61,728 nucleotides of DNA from NCBI GenBank assembly GCA_040882355.1, contig JBBEBM010000073.1, positions 1-61,728 of the forward strand, read 5' to 3'. Positions 49,640 to 58,349 of the stretch are shown here, one piece after another; positions within the stretch are counted from its first letter, which is position 1; each line of letters starts with the position of its first letter. Position numbers and translations under genes: made by a program. Origin of the DNA: Dehalococcoidia bacterium (GTDB taxonomy: Bacteria; Chloroflexota; Dehalococcoidia; DSTF01; RBG-16-68-14). The notes under the pieces were generated by a model. It saw nothing but the letters and a program-made list of their open reading frames with translations. It was not told the DNA's origin and searched no databases.

Positions 49640-50422
49640 ATGACCTACCGCACGCTCAAGCTGGAGACGAACGGCCCGCTGGCGACGATCCGCCTCGTCC
49701 GCCCGGAGCAGGGTAACCCCATCGACCGGCCCTTCTTGCGGGAGCTGGACGAGGCGTGCGCCGCGATCAACGACAACGCCGGCGTGCGCGTGGCGCTGCT
49801 CGTCGCTGACGGCGACGGCTTCTCGAACGGCTGGGACCCGGCTGAGCTCGCGCCGGGCGCGTTCGCGGCCGCCGGGTGGCGCGCTCGATGGGAGACGTCG
49901 CCGCCGTTCGCCGGCCTGGAGTCGATGGGCCAGCCGGTGATCTGCGCGCTGCAGGGTGATGCGATGAGCGCCGGCCTCGAGCTTGCTCTCGCCTGCGACG
50001 TGCGGATCGCGGCTGAGGGGGCGCGCTTCGCGTTGCCGGAGACGTCGCAGGGTCTGCTGCCGATGGCCGGCGGAACGCAGCGCCTCGCGCGGCTGGTCGG
50101 TCGCGCCCAGGCCCTGCGCCTCATCTTGTTGGGTGAGACCATCGATGCCGAGGAGGCGCATCGCATCGGGCTCGTGAGCGGCGTGCACGCGAAAAGCGAC
50201 CTGGCGGCGGCGGCCGAGGCGCTGGCGCTGCGCATGGCCGAACGTGGCCCGATCGCGCTGCGCTACGCGAAAGAAGCGGTGCGCCGCGGACTGGAGCAGC
50301 CGCTCGACCAGGCGCTCCGCTTCGAGACGGACCTGACTGTTATCCTGCAAACGACGGAAGACCGCGCGGAGGGCGTGTGGGCCTTTCTTGAGAAGCGAAC
50401 GCCGAAGTTCAAGGGGAGGTGA
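49640..50422 (+). CDS. Enoyl-CoA hydratase/crotonase family protein
   Basis: GLELALACD, GGTQRL, AFLEKRTPKFKGR. Confidence 0.92.
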   Translation: MTYRTLKLETNGPLATIRLVRPEQGNPIDRPFLRELDEACAAINDNAGVRVALLVADGDGFSNGWDPAELAPGAFAAAGWRARWETSPPFAGLESMGQPVICALQGDAMSAGLELALACDVRIAAEGARFALPETSQGLLPMAGGTQRLARLVGRAQALRLILLGETIDAEEAHRIGLVSGVHAKSDLAAAAEALALRMAERGPIALRYAKEAVRRGLEQPLDQALRFETDLTVILQTTEDRAEGVWAFLEKRTPKFKGR

Positions 50423-50423
50423 C

Positions 50424-50681
50424 GTGAGGCTGATCCTGGAATCGGATGAGGCGTGGTCGGTCATGATGCTCGTCGTCTCGCAGGTGCTGGACGGCGTCGA
50501 GCTGTCGGAAAAAGGGCGCGCGGCGGTCCGCAAGTGGCGCACCGATCATGCGGACGGCACGGAGCTGATGCACGACCTCGCCAATGAGTTGAACGTCACG
50601 CTGGGCAACGTGATCGACGAGCGCACGAAGAAGCTGATCCGGCGCAAGGGGCGCTACGTCTCGACCGCCGCGGAGCGATAG
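50424..50681 (+). CDS. Small hypothetical protein (paralog A)
   Basis: GGAGG + GTG; similar to the next gene. Confidence 0.8.
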   Translation: MRLILESDEAWSVMMLVVSQVLDGVELSEKGRAAVRKWRTDHADGTELMHDLANELNVTLGNVIDERTKKLIRRKGRYVSTAAER

Positions 50682-50684
50682 GCG

Positions 50685-50924
50685 ATGAAAGTGGAGCTGG
50701 ACGTCGACGAGACCTGGGAGCTGATGTCGGTCGTCGTCGCGCGGATACTGGACGAAGCGAAGGCGCCGGAGGGCGACCGCGCAAAGGTACGCCGCTGGCG
50801 CAGCGACTCAATGCGCCCGAGCGCCGAGCAGATGCGCCTGCTTACGCGCAAGGTGAACGACGATCTCGCGCAGGCGTCCGAGCGCAAGCAGCGCAGCCAG
50901 ATCCGCAAGCCGGACTGGCGCTGA
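50685..50924 (+). CDS. Small hypothetical protein (paralog B)
   Basis: Similar to the previous gene. Confidence 0.8.
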   Translation: MKVELDVDETWELMSVVVARILDEAKAPEGDRAKVRRWRSDSMRPSAEQMRLLTRKVNDDLAQASERKQRSQIRKPDWR

Positions 50925-50930
50925 TCCATG

Positions 50931-51012
50931 GCCACAGATTCACACAGATGAAATGCAGATTGGGCGCGGACTGCGATCCGGCCAACAGTGTCAATCTGCG
51001 TCCATCTGTGGC
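50931..51012. repeat. CACAGAT-type inverted repeat element
   Basis: GCCACAGATTCACACAGAT ... ATCTGCGTCCATCTGTGGC. Confidence 0.65.
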
Positions 51013-51028
51013 TGATTAGGGACGTGCG

Positions 51029-51478
51029 TTGTTTTCCTTCGACGTCACTATCGACATCACCGCGCCGCCCGCCCGCGTCTGGCGCGCGCTCTGCGATCCG
51101 GCGGAGGTCGTGCAGTGGGACACCGGCGTCGTCGAGGCGCTCGATGCGCCCGCAGACTATCCGCAGCCCGGCCAGCACGTGCGCTGGCGCTACAGCGAAG
51201 GCCCGTTCCGCCTGCTGCACGACAGGCCGCAGGAGGTCGTGCCCGAGCGCACGCTTCGTTCGCTCATCGCGATCGGCCCGGCGCGCTTCGACGAGACATA
51301 CACGCTGGAGCCGCGCGACCGCGGCTGTCGGCTGACCGCGGCGATGATCGTGCGGGCCCCGCTCTGGCTGGGCGGTCCGATCGCCGAGCGGTTCTACGTC
51401 GGACCGACGAGTTGCAAGACGGTCACTGCGTCACTCGCGGCAATCAAACGCTACTGTGAGGGAGGCGCAACTCTGTGA
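51029..51478 (+). CDS. SRPBCC family protein
   Basis: IDITAPPARVWRALCD..W; C-terminal LAAIKRYCE. Confidence 0.82.
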   Translation: MFSFDVTIDITAPPARVWRALCDPAEVVQWDTGVVEALDAPADYPQPGQHVRWRYSEGPFRLLHDRPQEVVPERTLRSLIAIGPARFDETYTLEPRDRGCRLTAAMIVRAPLWLGGPIAERFYVGPTSCKTVTASLAAIKRYCEGGATL

Positions 51479-51486
51479 ATGGTCCT

Positions 51487-51542
51487 GTAGGGACAGACCT
51501 TCCCCGCCGCAGGCGGGTCCGCCTCTGGCGGAAGGTCTGTCC
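51487..51542 (+). repeat. GTAG-type REP-like palindrome with twin internal hairpins (copy 2)
   Basis: GTAG-GGACAGACCTT...AAGGTCTGTCC enclosing CCCGCC-gca-GGCGGG and TCCGCC-tct-GGCGGA. Confidence 0.8.
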
Positions 51543-51605
51543 GGCCCAATGCGACAGGCTGCTTAGCCGGCGGGAACGGATTGCAGGGCATTGTGAGGCG
51601 AACGC

Positions 51606-52421
51606 GTGAGTGTCGTCGACCCGAAGCTCGCAGCGCAGGAGCGCTTCGCCAACCGCGATTGGGGCGACCAGGGCCTCAGCCTGGTCGAACGCTGCGCGAC
51701 CGATCCAGCGATCGTCGTCGCCGGCCTCGTCGAGGCTGTTCGCGAGCGAGCGACGCCGGGCAGCCGCCTGATCGAGCTGGGCTTCGGCGCGGGCTGGCTG
51801 CTCGAGGCGCTGCGCGGCGAGCTGCCTGACACGCAGCTCTACGGTCTCGACATGTCGGCGGGGTTCGCCGGACGCGCCTACCAGGAGCACGGCGATCGCG
51901 TGCGCGTGGTGATGGGCGATATGGAGCGGTTGCCGTTCCTCGATGGCGTGTTCGACGTTGTCGCCACGTGCTGGACGCTCTACTTCATGCGCGACATCGA
52001 CGTCGCGCTGGCGGAGATCAAGCGCTGTCTCAAGCCGAACGGCCGTCTCGTCGCCGCGACGAACGCCCCCGACCACGAAGCGGAGTGCGGCGAGTTGGTC
52101 TCGGAGGCGATCCGTCTCGCGCTTGGGCGCGAGGAGCCCGACCACGACATCGCGTGGCGCTTCGATCTGGAGACGGGGGCTGCGCCCCTGGAGCGACAGT
52201 TCCCGCAAGTCGCGGTGCGCCGCTGGGACGGCGAGATGGTGATCGCTGACCCGAATGACGTCGAAGCGCTCTGGCCGAAGTGGGAGCCCGCCATCATGCC
52301 GAGGCACGAGCAGCAGGCGGTGCGCGCGCAGTTCGTACGGCTCGCCCGGGAGCGGATCGCTCGTGATGGTGAGCTGCGCATCCGGCGCCGCAACGGCGCG
52401 TTCGTCTGCGACCTGCGATGA
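51606..52421 (+). CDS. Class I SAM-dependent methyltransferase
   Basis: IELGFGAG, GDMERLPF, RCLKPNG. Confidence 0.88.
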   Translation: MSVVDPKLAAQERFANRDWGDQGLSLVERCATDPAIVVAGLVEAVRERATPGSRLIELGFGAGWLLEALRGELPDTQLYGLDMSAGFAGRAYQEHGDRVRVVMGDMERLPFLDGVFDVVATCWTLYFMRDIDVALAEIKRCLKPNGRLVAATNAPDHEAECGELVSEAIRLALGREEPDHDIAWRFDLETGAAPLERQFPQVAVRRWDGEMVIADPNDVEALWPKWEPAIMPRHEQQAVRAQFVRLARERIARDGELRIRRRNGAFVCDLR

Positions 52422-53179
52422 GCACGATCCTCTACGACAAGGACGAACGCGGCGTCGTGCGGCTCACGCTCAACCGGCCCGACAAGCTCAACGCGGTCGA
52501 TCTCGCGATGCGGGACGAGCTGTGGGACGCCCTCACCGCCTTCCGCGACGACCCGGACGCGCGCGTGCTCGTCCTGCGCGGCGCGGGCGACTCGTTCTCG
52601 GCGGGCGCCGACATCTCCGACTTCGGAACGGCGCCGTCGTTCGTGGAGGCTCGCCGCGCCCGTCGCGAGCGCGACCTCTGGGGCCTCATGCTCCACCTGC
52701 CGAAGCCGCTCATCGCCGCTGTGCACGGCCACGCGCTGGGGGCGGGATGCGAGATGAGCCTGCTCTGCGACCTGCGCGTCGCGGCCGAGGACGCTCGCTT
52801 CGGGCTGCCGGAGGTCGGTCTCGGCTACATCCCGTCGGCGGGCGGCACCCAGACGCTGCCGCGCACCATCCCGCCCGGCGTCGCCATGCAGATGATCCTC
52901 TCCGGCGACCCGATCGACGCCGCGGAGGCGTACCGGCTCGGCCTCGTGCACCGCGTCGTCCCGTGCGACCGGCTCGACGCGGCCGCGGACGAATGGGCGC
53001 GCACGCTCGCCTCCCGCGACCCGCGCGCCCTCGCCGCCGCGAAGGAGGCCGTGCTGCGCGGCCTCGATCTCCGCCTGCGCGAGGGCCTCTCGCTGGAGGC
53101 GCGGCTGGCGGGGCTGCTGTTACAGGAGCGGGGTGAGGACGCTGGTGCTATAATCGTGCTCATTGATGAGGAGGTTTGA
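52418..53179 (+). CDS. Enoyl-CoA hydratase/crotonase family protein
   Basis: LNRPDKLNA, FSAGAD, LPEV, GGTQTL. Confidence 0.92.
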   Translation: MSTILYDKDERGVVRLTLNRPDKLNAVDLAMRDELWDALTAFRDDPDARVLVLRGAGDSFSAGADISDFGTAPSFVEARRARRERDLWGLMLHLPKPLIAAVHGHALGAGCEMSLLCDLRVAAEDARFGLPEVGLGYIPSAGGTQTLPRTIPPGVAMQMILSGDPIDAAEAYRLGLVHRVVPCDRLDAAADEWARTLASRDPRALAAAKEAVLRGLDLRLREGLSLEARLAGLLLQERGEDAGAIIVLIDEEV

Positions 53180-53180
53180 C

Positions 53181-54470
53181 ATGCGGAGTCTTAGAATCTT
53201 CGCTACCGGGATGGTGCTGCTAAGCGGCGCGGCGGGGGTATTTGCCGCTGCCCAGTGGCTCGAGGAGGCGCGCGCGGTCTCGCCCCAGCAGGTCAACCAG
53301 GGACTCACCATTGAGGAACCCAGCGACGGAGCAGATGTGGAGGCTCAGCAAGTAACTATCCGCGGCTCTGCGCCTGCCGGTGCTGAAATCGGGCGCAAGG
53401 TTAAGGGTACGGACCCGAAATTCTATTCCGGACAAGATGGGCGTTGGGAGTACACGGCCAAGCTTAAGGAGGGCGAGAACAGTTTCGACTTCTCCTTGCA
53501 GGAGGACAAGGACACCAAAGCAAAGCTCACCGTGAATTGGCGGCCGACGCTTACAGTCGACGAGCCCAGCGCAGGGTCCACGATCACAACGCAAGGGATC
53601 ATCGTTAGAGGCACCGCCCCGGCGGGAGCAGAAATCGGTCTCAGTGCCGACGAGAAGGACCCGAAATTCTACGCTGGTGATGACGGGCGTTGGGAGTACC
53701 CGATCAAAGTCACCGAGGAGGGCGACAACACTTTCAAGTTCTTCCTGCAAGAGGCCAAGGGCGCGAAAGTAGAACTGATTGTGATCTGGCAGCCCGTTCT
53801 AGAAGTTGACGAGGCATTAGACGGCGCCACGGTCAACACACAGTATCTTGCTATCAGAGGCTCGGCAGCTCGCGGCGCTGAAATTGGTCGCAACGTTAAG
53901 GGTACGGACCCCAAGTTCTTCGCCGGGCAGGATGGGCGTTGGGTGTACACGGCCAAGCTCAAGGAAGGCGAGAATGCCTTCGACTTCTTTCTCCAAGGAG
54001 CCAAAGGCACAAGAGTAAAGTTCGCAGTGGTGTACGCGCCCGAGGGAGTCACGGAGCCGACAGGCGCGGCGTCGCCGACTCCCGCGGGGGAGCCGCCGAA
54101 GCCTACCGCCACCCCGGAGCCGCCGGAAGGGCTCTCCAGGGAGGAGGTGGCGTACCGGCTCGCGGTGGTCAACGGCACTTGCTTCGCGAATGATGCGGAG
54201 CAGGCGCTTGGTGACGGCGTCGGCGGCTGCGACTCCGCGGTCGAGTTTCGTGGCCTCCTTCGGCGGTTGGAACCGAAGTGCAACGCGGATTCGCCGGAGC
54301 GAGTCGCCGACATGGTGGTACGTGCCCAGCAGATAATCCGAGACAATGGCTATCCACCGGTGAGCCTGCTTGAAGTAATGCATGCGCTCGATGACTCGAT
54401 CCCGGTAGGCCTGCCCCCGCAAGACTGCACCGGCGTGCTCGCGGCATGGATTACCCTGGCGTATCCATAG
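53181..54470 (+). CDS. Exported protein with three Ig-like repeats and a Cys-containing C-terminal domain
   Basis: Signal/TM; three copies of ..RGxAxxGAEIG..DPKF..DGRW.Y..K..EG.N.F.F.LQ; Pro/Thr linker; lower GC. Confidence 0.8.
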   Translation: MRSLRIFATGMVLLSGAAGVFAAAQWLEEARAVSPQQVNQGLTIEEPSDGADVEAQQVTIRGSAPAGAEIGRKVKGTDPKFYSGQDGRWEYTAKLKEGENSFDFSLQEDKDTKAKLTVNWRPTLTVDEPSAGSTITTQGIIVRGTAPAGAEIGLSADEKDPKFYAGDDGRWEYPIKVTEEGDNTFKFFLQEAKGAKVELIVIWQPVLEVDEALDGATVNTQYLAIRGSAARGAEIGRNVKGTDPKFFAGQDGRWVYTAKLKEGENAFDFFLQGAKGTRVKFAVVYAPEGVTEPTGAASPTPAGEPPKPTATPEPPEGLSREEVAYRLAVVNGTCFANDAEQALGDGVGGCDSAVEFRGLLRRLEPKCNADSPERVADMVVRAQQIIRDNGYPPVSLLEVMHALDDSIPVGLPPQDCTGVLAAWITLAYP

Positions 54471-54567
54471 CCGTGCTCCCGTGCTCCCGTGCGCCCGCGC
54501 CTTTGCGTTGCTGCTTCTGCAGGGGCGCGTTCGGTAGTACAACGTTCGGTAGTACAATGCGGACGCT

Positions 54568-55071
54568 ATGGCGGCCATCGTTAGAGCGAGGCCCCGCTCA
54601 GACGGCACTCAGCGCCGCCTGGTCCGGCTTGCGCTGCTCGGCGGCGGGTTGCTCATTGGCGCGCTTGCGCTCGTGTTCGCCTGGCCCAGGTCTGACGGCG
54701 AGCAGACTCGCTTCGCGCTGGGCGCCGTCGACGGCTACGGCGTCGGCAGCGTCACGACGGTCGAAGACGGCGCGTTCCACCTGGTGCGCATCAGCGACGA
54801 GACGTTCGTCGCCCTCTCGTGGACCGACCCGGGCTCCGGCTGCACCGTGCCCTGGCGCCCGCAGTTCTACTTCCAGGGGACGACCGGCTGGTTCCGCGAC
54901 CCCTGCTCCGGCGCCACCTACGCGCGCGACGGCGAGCGCGTCTTCGGTCCCGCGCCGCGCGGCTTCGACCAGTACGTCGTAGCAATCGTGAACGGCGACC
55001 TCATCGTCGACACGAGCCTCTTCGTCTGCGGCCACGCGCCGCCCGGCGCGCCGTGTGTCGAGCAGCGATAA
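54568..55071 (+). CDS. Rieske-like membrane-anchored protein lacking canonical Fe-S ligands
   Basis: TM; ALSWTDPGSGCTVPW, FRDPCSGATY..DG..VFGPAPR. Confidence 0.75.
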   Translation: MAAIVRARPRSDGTQRRLVRLALLGGGLLIGALALVFAWPRSDGEQTRFALGAVDGYGVGSVTTVEDGAFHLVRISDETFVALSWTDPGSGCTVPWRPQFYFQGTTGWFRDPCSGATYARDGERVFGPAPRGFDQYVVAIVNGDLIVDTSLFVCGHAPPGAPCVEQR

Positions 55072-55124
55072 CGATTGCCCGACCGCCCTCGATGCGCTAG
55101 ATTGGGGCGCGAATCTGAACGCCT

Positions 55125-55184
55125 TCACCCTGACCTGCCAGTCACCCTTCTCACGCCATGCGGGAGAGGGGACGGGCGTGAGGG
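55125..55184. repeat. CCCTCACCC/GGGAGAGGG-type palindromic intergenic repeat (degenerate)
   Basis: CTTCACCC...CCCTTCTC-acgccatgcgg-GAGAGGGG...GCGTGAGGG. Confidence 0.5.
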
Positions 55185-55201
55185 CGGCCTAGGGGTCGTT
55201 C

Positions 55202-56791
55202 ATGAACACTGCCGAGTTCCTCACCATCAGCTCCGCCGTCGTGCCCGAGCGCGAGGCGCTCGTCTCCGGCGAGACGCGCGTCACGTACGCGGACATGAAC
55301 TCGCGGGTGAACCGCCTCGCGAACGCGCTGCAGGGGCTCGGCGTCGGGCGCGGCACCGCTGTCGCTGCGATGGCTGTGAACTCGCCCCGGTACGTCGAGA
55401 CCTACTACGCCTGCGCCAAGCTCGGCGCCGTCTTCGTGCCGCTCAACTACCGGGCGAAGCACGAGGAGCTCGACCACATGGTGAACGCCTCGGAGACGAA
55501 GGTGCTCTTCGTCGGCGAGCGCTACCTCGACCTCGTTGCGAAGCTGCGCTCGAAGTTCGGCGGCGTGCAGCAGTACGTCTGCTACGACGCTTCGACTTCG
55601 CTCAGGGCAGGCGCTCAGCCCGACGGCATGCACGGCTACGAGGGCCTGCTCGCCGGCGCTCCCGACGACGAGCTGTTCGTCGACATCGACGAGAACGACG
55701 CGACGATCCTGATCTACACGAGCGGTACGACGGCGCTGCCGAAGGGCGTCGTGCTCACGTACCTCACCCTGTCCGTCTACGTGACGAACACGATGAACCC
55801 GGCCGACCCCGACGCCGAGCGCGACGTGACGCTGCTCTCGGTGCCGATCTACCACGTCGCCGGCGCGACAGCGATCATGTCGAGCATCTGGGGCGGGCGC
55901 ACGCTCGCGATCCTGCCGCAGTTCGACCCCGAGGCGTGGCTTGAAACGGTGCAGCGGGAACGGGTCTCGCACAGCTTCGTCGTCCCGACGATGCTCAAGC
56001 GGATCATGGAGCACCCTCGCTTCGAGCAGTACGACATCAGCTCGCTCAAGCTGATCACCTACGGGGCCGCGCCAATGCCCTACGAGGTCGTGCGCAAGGC
56101 CGTCGATGTCTTCAACTGCGGCCTGATGAACGCCTACGGCCAGACCGAGAGCACGTCGACGCTGACGTACCTCGGGCCAGACGACCACGAGATCCCGAAA
56201 GAGGAGGGCCCGGAGCGTGAGGCGAAGCTGCGCCGGCTGCGCTCCGTTGGCAAGGTGATGGACGACGTGGTCGTGATGATCATGGACGAGGACAACGAGA
56301 TCCTCGCGCCGGGCGAAGAGGGCGAGATCTGCGTCTCCGGCCCGCGCGTGATGCGCGAGTACCACAAGCAGGCCGACGAGACCGCCCACGCCATCGTCGA
56401 CGGCTGGCTGCACACCGGCGACGTCGGCTACCTCGATGAGGAGGGCTACCTCTTCATTACCGGTCGCAAGAAGGACCTGATCATCCGCGGCGGGGAGAAC
56501 ATCTCGGCGGGCGAGATCGAAGACGTGCTCGACTCGCACCCGATGATCGATGAGGCGGCCGTGATCGGCGTGCCGGACGCGGAGTGGGGCGAGGTCGTGA
56601 AGGCGATCGCGGTGCTCAACCCGGGCGGGCAGGTCACGCCTGAAGAGGTCATCGCCTACTGCAAGGAGCGGCTCGCCAGCTACAAGGCCCCGTCGTACGT
56701 CGCCTTCGTCTCCGAGCTACCACGCAACCCGCTGGGCAAGGTGCTCAAGACGGACCTGCGCAAGCAGTACGGCGAGCCGAAGAACGAGTAG
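55202..56791 (+). CDS. Long-chain acyl-CoA ligase (AMP-binding)
   Basis: YTSGTTALPKG, YGQTE, WLHTGD, GRKKD, LPRNPLGK. Confidence 0.95.
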   Translation: MNTAEFLTISSAVVPEREALVSGETRVTYADMNSRVNRLANALQGLGVGRGTAVAAMAVNSPRYVETYYACAKLGAVFVPLNYRAKHEELDHMVNASETKVLFVGERYLDLVAKLRSKFGGVQQYVCYDASTSLRAGAQPDGMHGYEGLLAGAPDDELFVDIDENDATILIYTSGTTALPKGVVLTYLTLSVYVTNTMNPADPDAERDVTLLSVPIYHVAGATAIMSSIWGGRTLAILPQFDPEAWLETVQRERVSHSFVVPTMLKRIMEHPRFEQYDISSLKLITYGAAPMPYEVVRKAVDVFNCGLMNAYGQTESTSTLTYLGPDDHEIPKEEGPEREAKLRRLRSVGKVMDDVVVMIMDEDNEILAPGEEGEICVSGPRVMREYHKQADETAHAIVDGWLHTGDVGYLDEEGYLFITGRKKDLIIRGGENISAGEIEDVLDSHPMIDEAAVIGVPDAEWGEVVKAIAVLNPGGQVTPEEVIAYCKERLASYKAPSYVAFVSELPRNPLGKVLKTDLRKQYGEPKNE

Positions 56792-56794
56792 GGA

Positions 56795-57082
56795 CTACGA
56801 TCTGCGGTCGTAGCGATCGAAGCGTTCTTCGTAGAGCCCTTCTCGTGTCCAGCTCCGGCCGGTCTGCGGTGCATCGATCTTGGCGCGCTCTTCCATGTCC
56901 TTGCGCAGCTGTTCCCAGGCTGTAGGGTCGGTCCGGAGTGACACCTCGGATCGTACGGTGGCGTCGATACTTTGCCGAGCGATCTCGGATTGCGACACGC
57001 CCAGAGCCTGCGCTCGCTGTCTCAGGAACACATCCTGTTGGAGCGTGATACGGTACGTCTTGCGGATCATCCGGCCCATCAT
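56795..57082 (-). CDS. Ribbon-helix-helix (CopG-like) putative antitoxin
   Basis: RKTYRIT..LRQRAQALGVSQSEIAR; C-terminal RSWTREGLYEER. Confidence 0.7.
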   Translation of the reverse strand: MMGRMIRKTYRITLQQDVFLRQRAQALGVSQSEIARQSIDATVRSEVSLRTDPTAWEQLRKDMEERAKIDAPQTGRSWTREGLYEERFDRYDRRS

Positions 57083-57143
57083 TGGCTCCAACGTATCACA
57101 TTCGGCGCGTTGCCTAACGCCGACGTGCGCAGCCCTCTGGAAG

Positions 57144-57164
57144 CTGAGGGTTTCCAACCCTCAG
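57144..57164. repeat. Short REP-like palindrome
   Basis: CTGAGGGT-TTCCA-ACCCTCAG. Confidence 0.55.
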
Positions 57165-57175
57165 TCCCAACCCAC

Positions 57176-58264
57176 CTAGTCGAACATCAGCACCGTGCGG
57201 GCCACCTCGCCCGCCTTCATCGCGCGGAAGGCCTCGTTCACGTCCTCCAGCCGGCCCCGACGCGTGATCATCTCGTCGAGGCGCAGGCGGCCCTGCAGGT
57301 AGAAGTCGATGTAACGAGGCATGTCGACGCGGAAACGGTTCGAGCCCATCGAGCTGCCCTGGAGCTTGCGCTCGCTGAGGAAGTAGCGGCCCTCGATCTC
57401 CACCTTCTCGCCGACCGGGATCATGCCGATGATGGTCGCTGTCCCCCCGGGGCGTACCGCGTAGAACGCCTGCTCCGCCGCCGTTTTCAGCCCGATCGCC
57501 TCGAACGAGTAGTCGACGCCCCCGTCCGTCATCTCACGGATCGCCTTGGCGGGATCGGCCGACGACGATGCGTCGACGATGTGCGTGGCGCCCAGCTCCC
57601 GCGCCAGCCCCAGCTTGCTCTCGACGACGTCCACCGCGATGATCATCCGCGCGCCGGCGATGCGGGCGCCCTGGATCGCTGCGAGGCCGACGCCGCCCGC
57701 GCCGAAGACGGCCACCGTCGAGCCCGCCTCGATCTTCGCGGTGTTCAGCACCGCGCCGACGCCCGTCGTCACGCCGCAGCCGATGAGGGCGGCGCGGTCG
57801 AGCGGCATGTCGTCCTGGATCTTCACGACGGCGTTCTCGTGCAGCAGCATCCGCTCGGCGAAACTGCCGATGTTCGTCATCGCAGTGATCGCCTCGCCGC
57901 CCTTCGTGCGCAACGCGGGTGGGTCGCCGGGCGCCCGCCGCGTCTCGGGGCTGCGACAGAGGCTGGGGTGGCCGGTCAGGCACTGTTCGCAGGTGCCGCA
58001 GAAGACCGACAGGCAGGCGATGACGTGGTCGCCCGGCTGGACGTAGGTGACGTGCTCGCCCACCTCCTCGACGATGCCCGCCGCCTCGTGGCCGAGCACG
58101 CCCGGCGCTGAGAACGGGTAGAACCCGTCGATGAAGTGGAGGTCGCTGTGACAGACGCCGCTCGCGACGGTGCGCACGACGATCTCGCGCGCCATCGGCT
58201 TGTCGATCTCGATCTCTTCGATGGTGAGGGGCTGCTTCGGGCCGTGGAACACTGCGGCTTGCAT
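57176..58264 (-). CDS. Zn-dependent alcohol dehydrogenase (class III-like)
   Basis: CHSD, GHEAAG, CGTCEQC..C, GCGVTTG, GAGGVG. Confidence 0.95.
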   Translation of the reverse strand: MQAAVFHGPKQPLTIEEIEIDKPMAREIVVRTVASGVCHSDLHFIDGFYPFSAPGVLGHEAAGIVEEVGEHVTYVQPGDHVIACLSVFCGTCEQCLTGHPSLCRSPETRRAPGDPPALRTKGGEAITAMTNIGSFAERMLLHENAVVKIQDDMPLDRAALIGCGVTTGVGAVLNTAKIEAGSTVAVFGAGGVGLAAIQGARIAGARMIIAVDVVESKLGLARELGATHIVDASSSADPAKAIREMTDGGVDYSFEAIGLKTAAEQAFYAVRPGGTATIIGMIPVGEKVEIEGRYFLSERKLQGSSMGSNRFRVDMPRYIDFYLQGRLRLDEMITRRGRLEDVNEAFRAMKAGEVARTVLMFD

Positions 58265-58349
58265 TGAGGACTCCTTCCGTGGGGATGGCAGGATTAAATC
58301 GCCCTGGGCGGGGCGCTGTCAAACGACGTCTCGGGCAGGGTGGTGACCG

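Noticed and set aside
54528..54557. 15-bp tandem duplication CGTTCGGTAGTACAA x2
   Set aside because: Only two units over a probable -10 box; likely simple slippage or an artefact.
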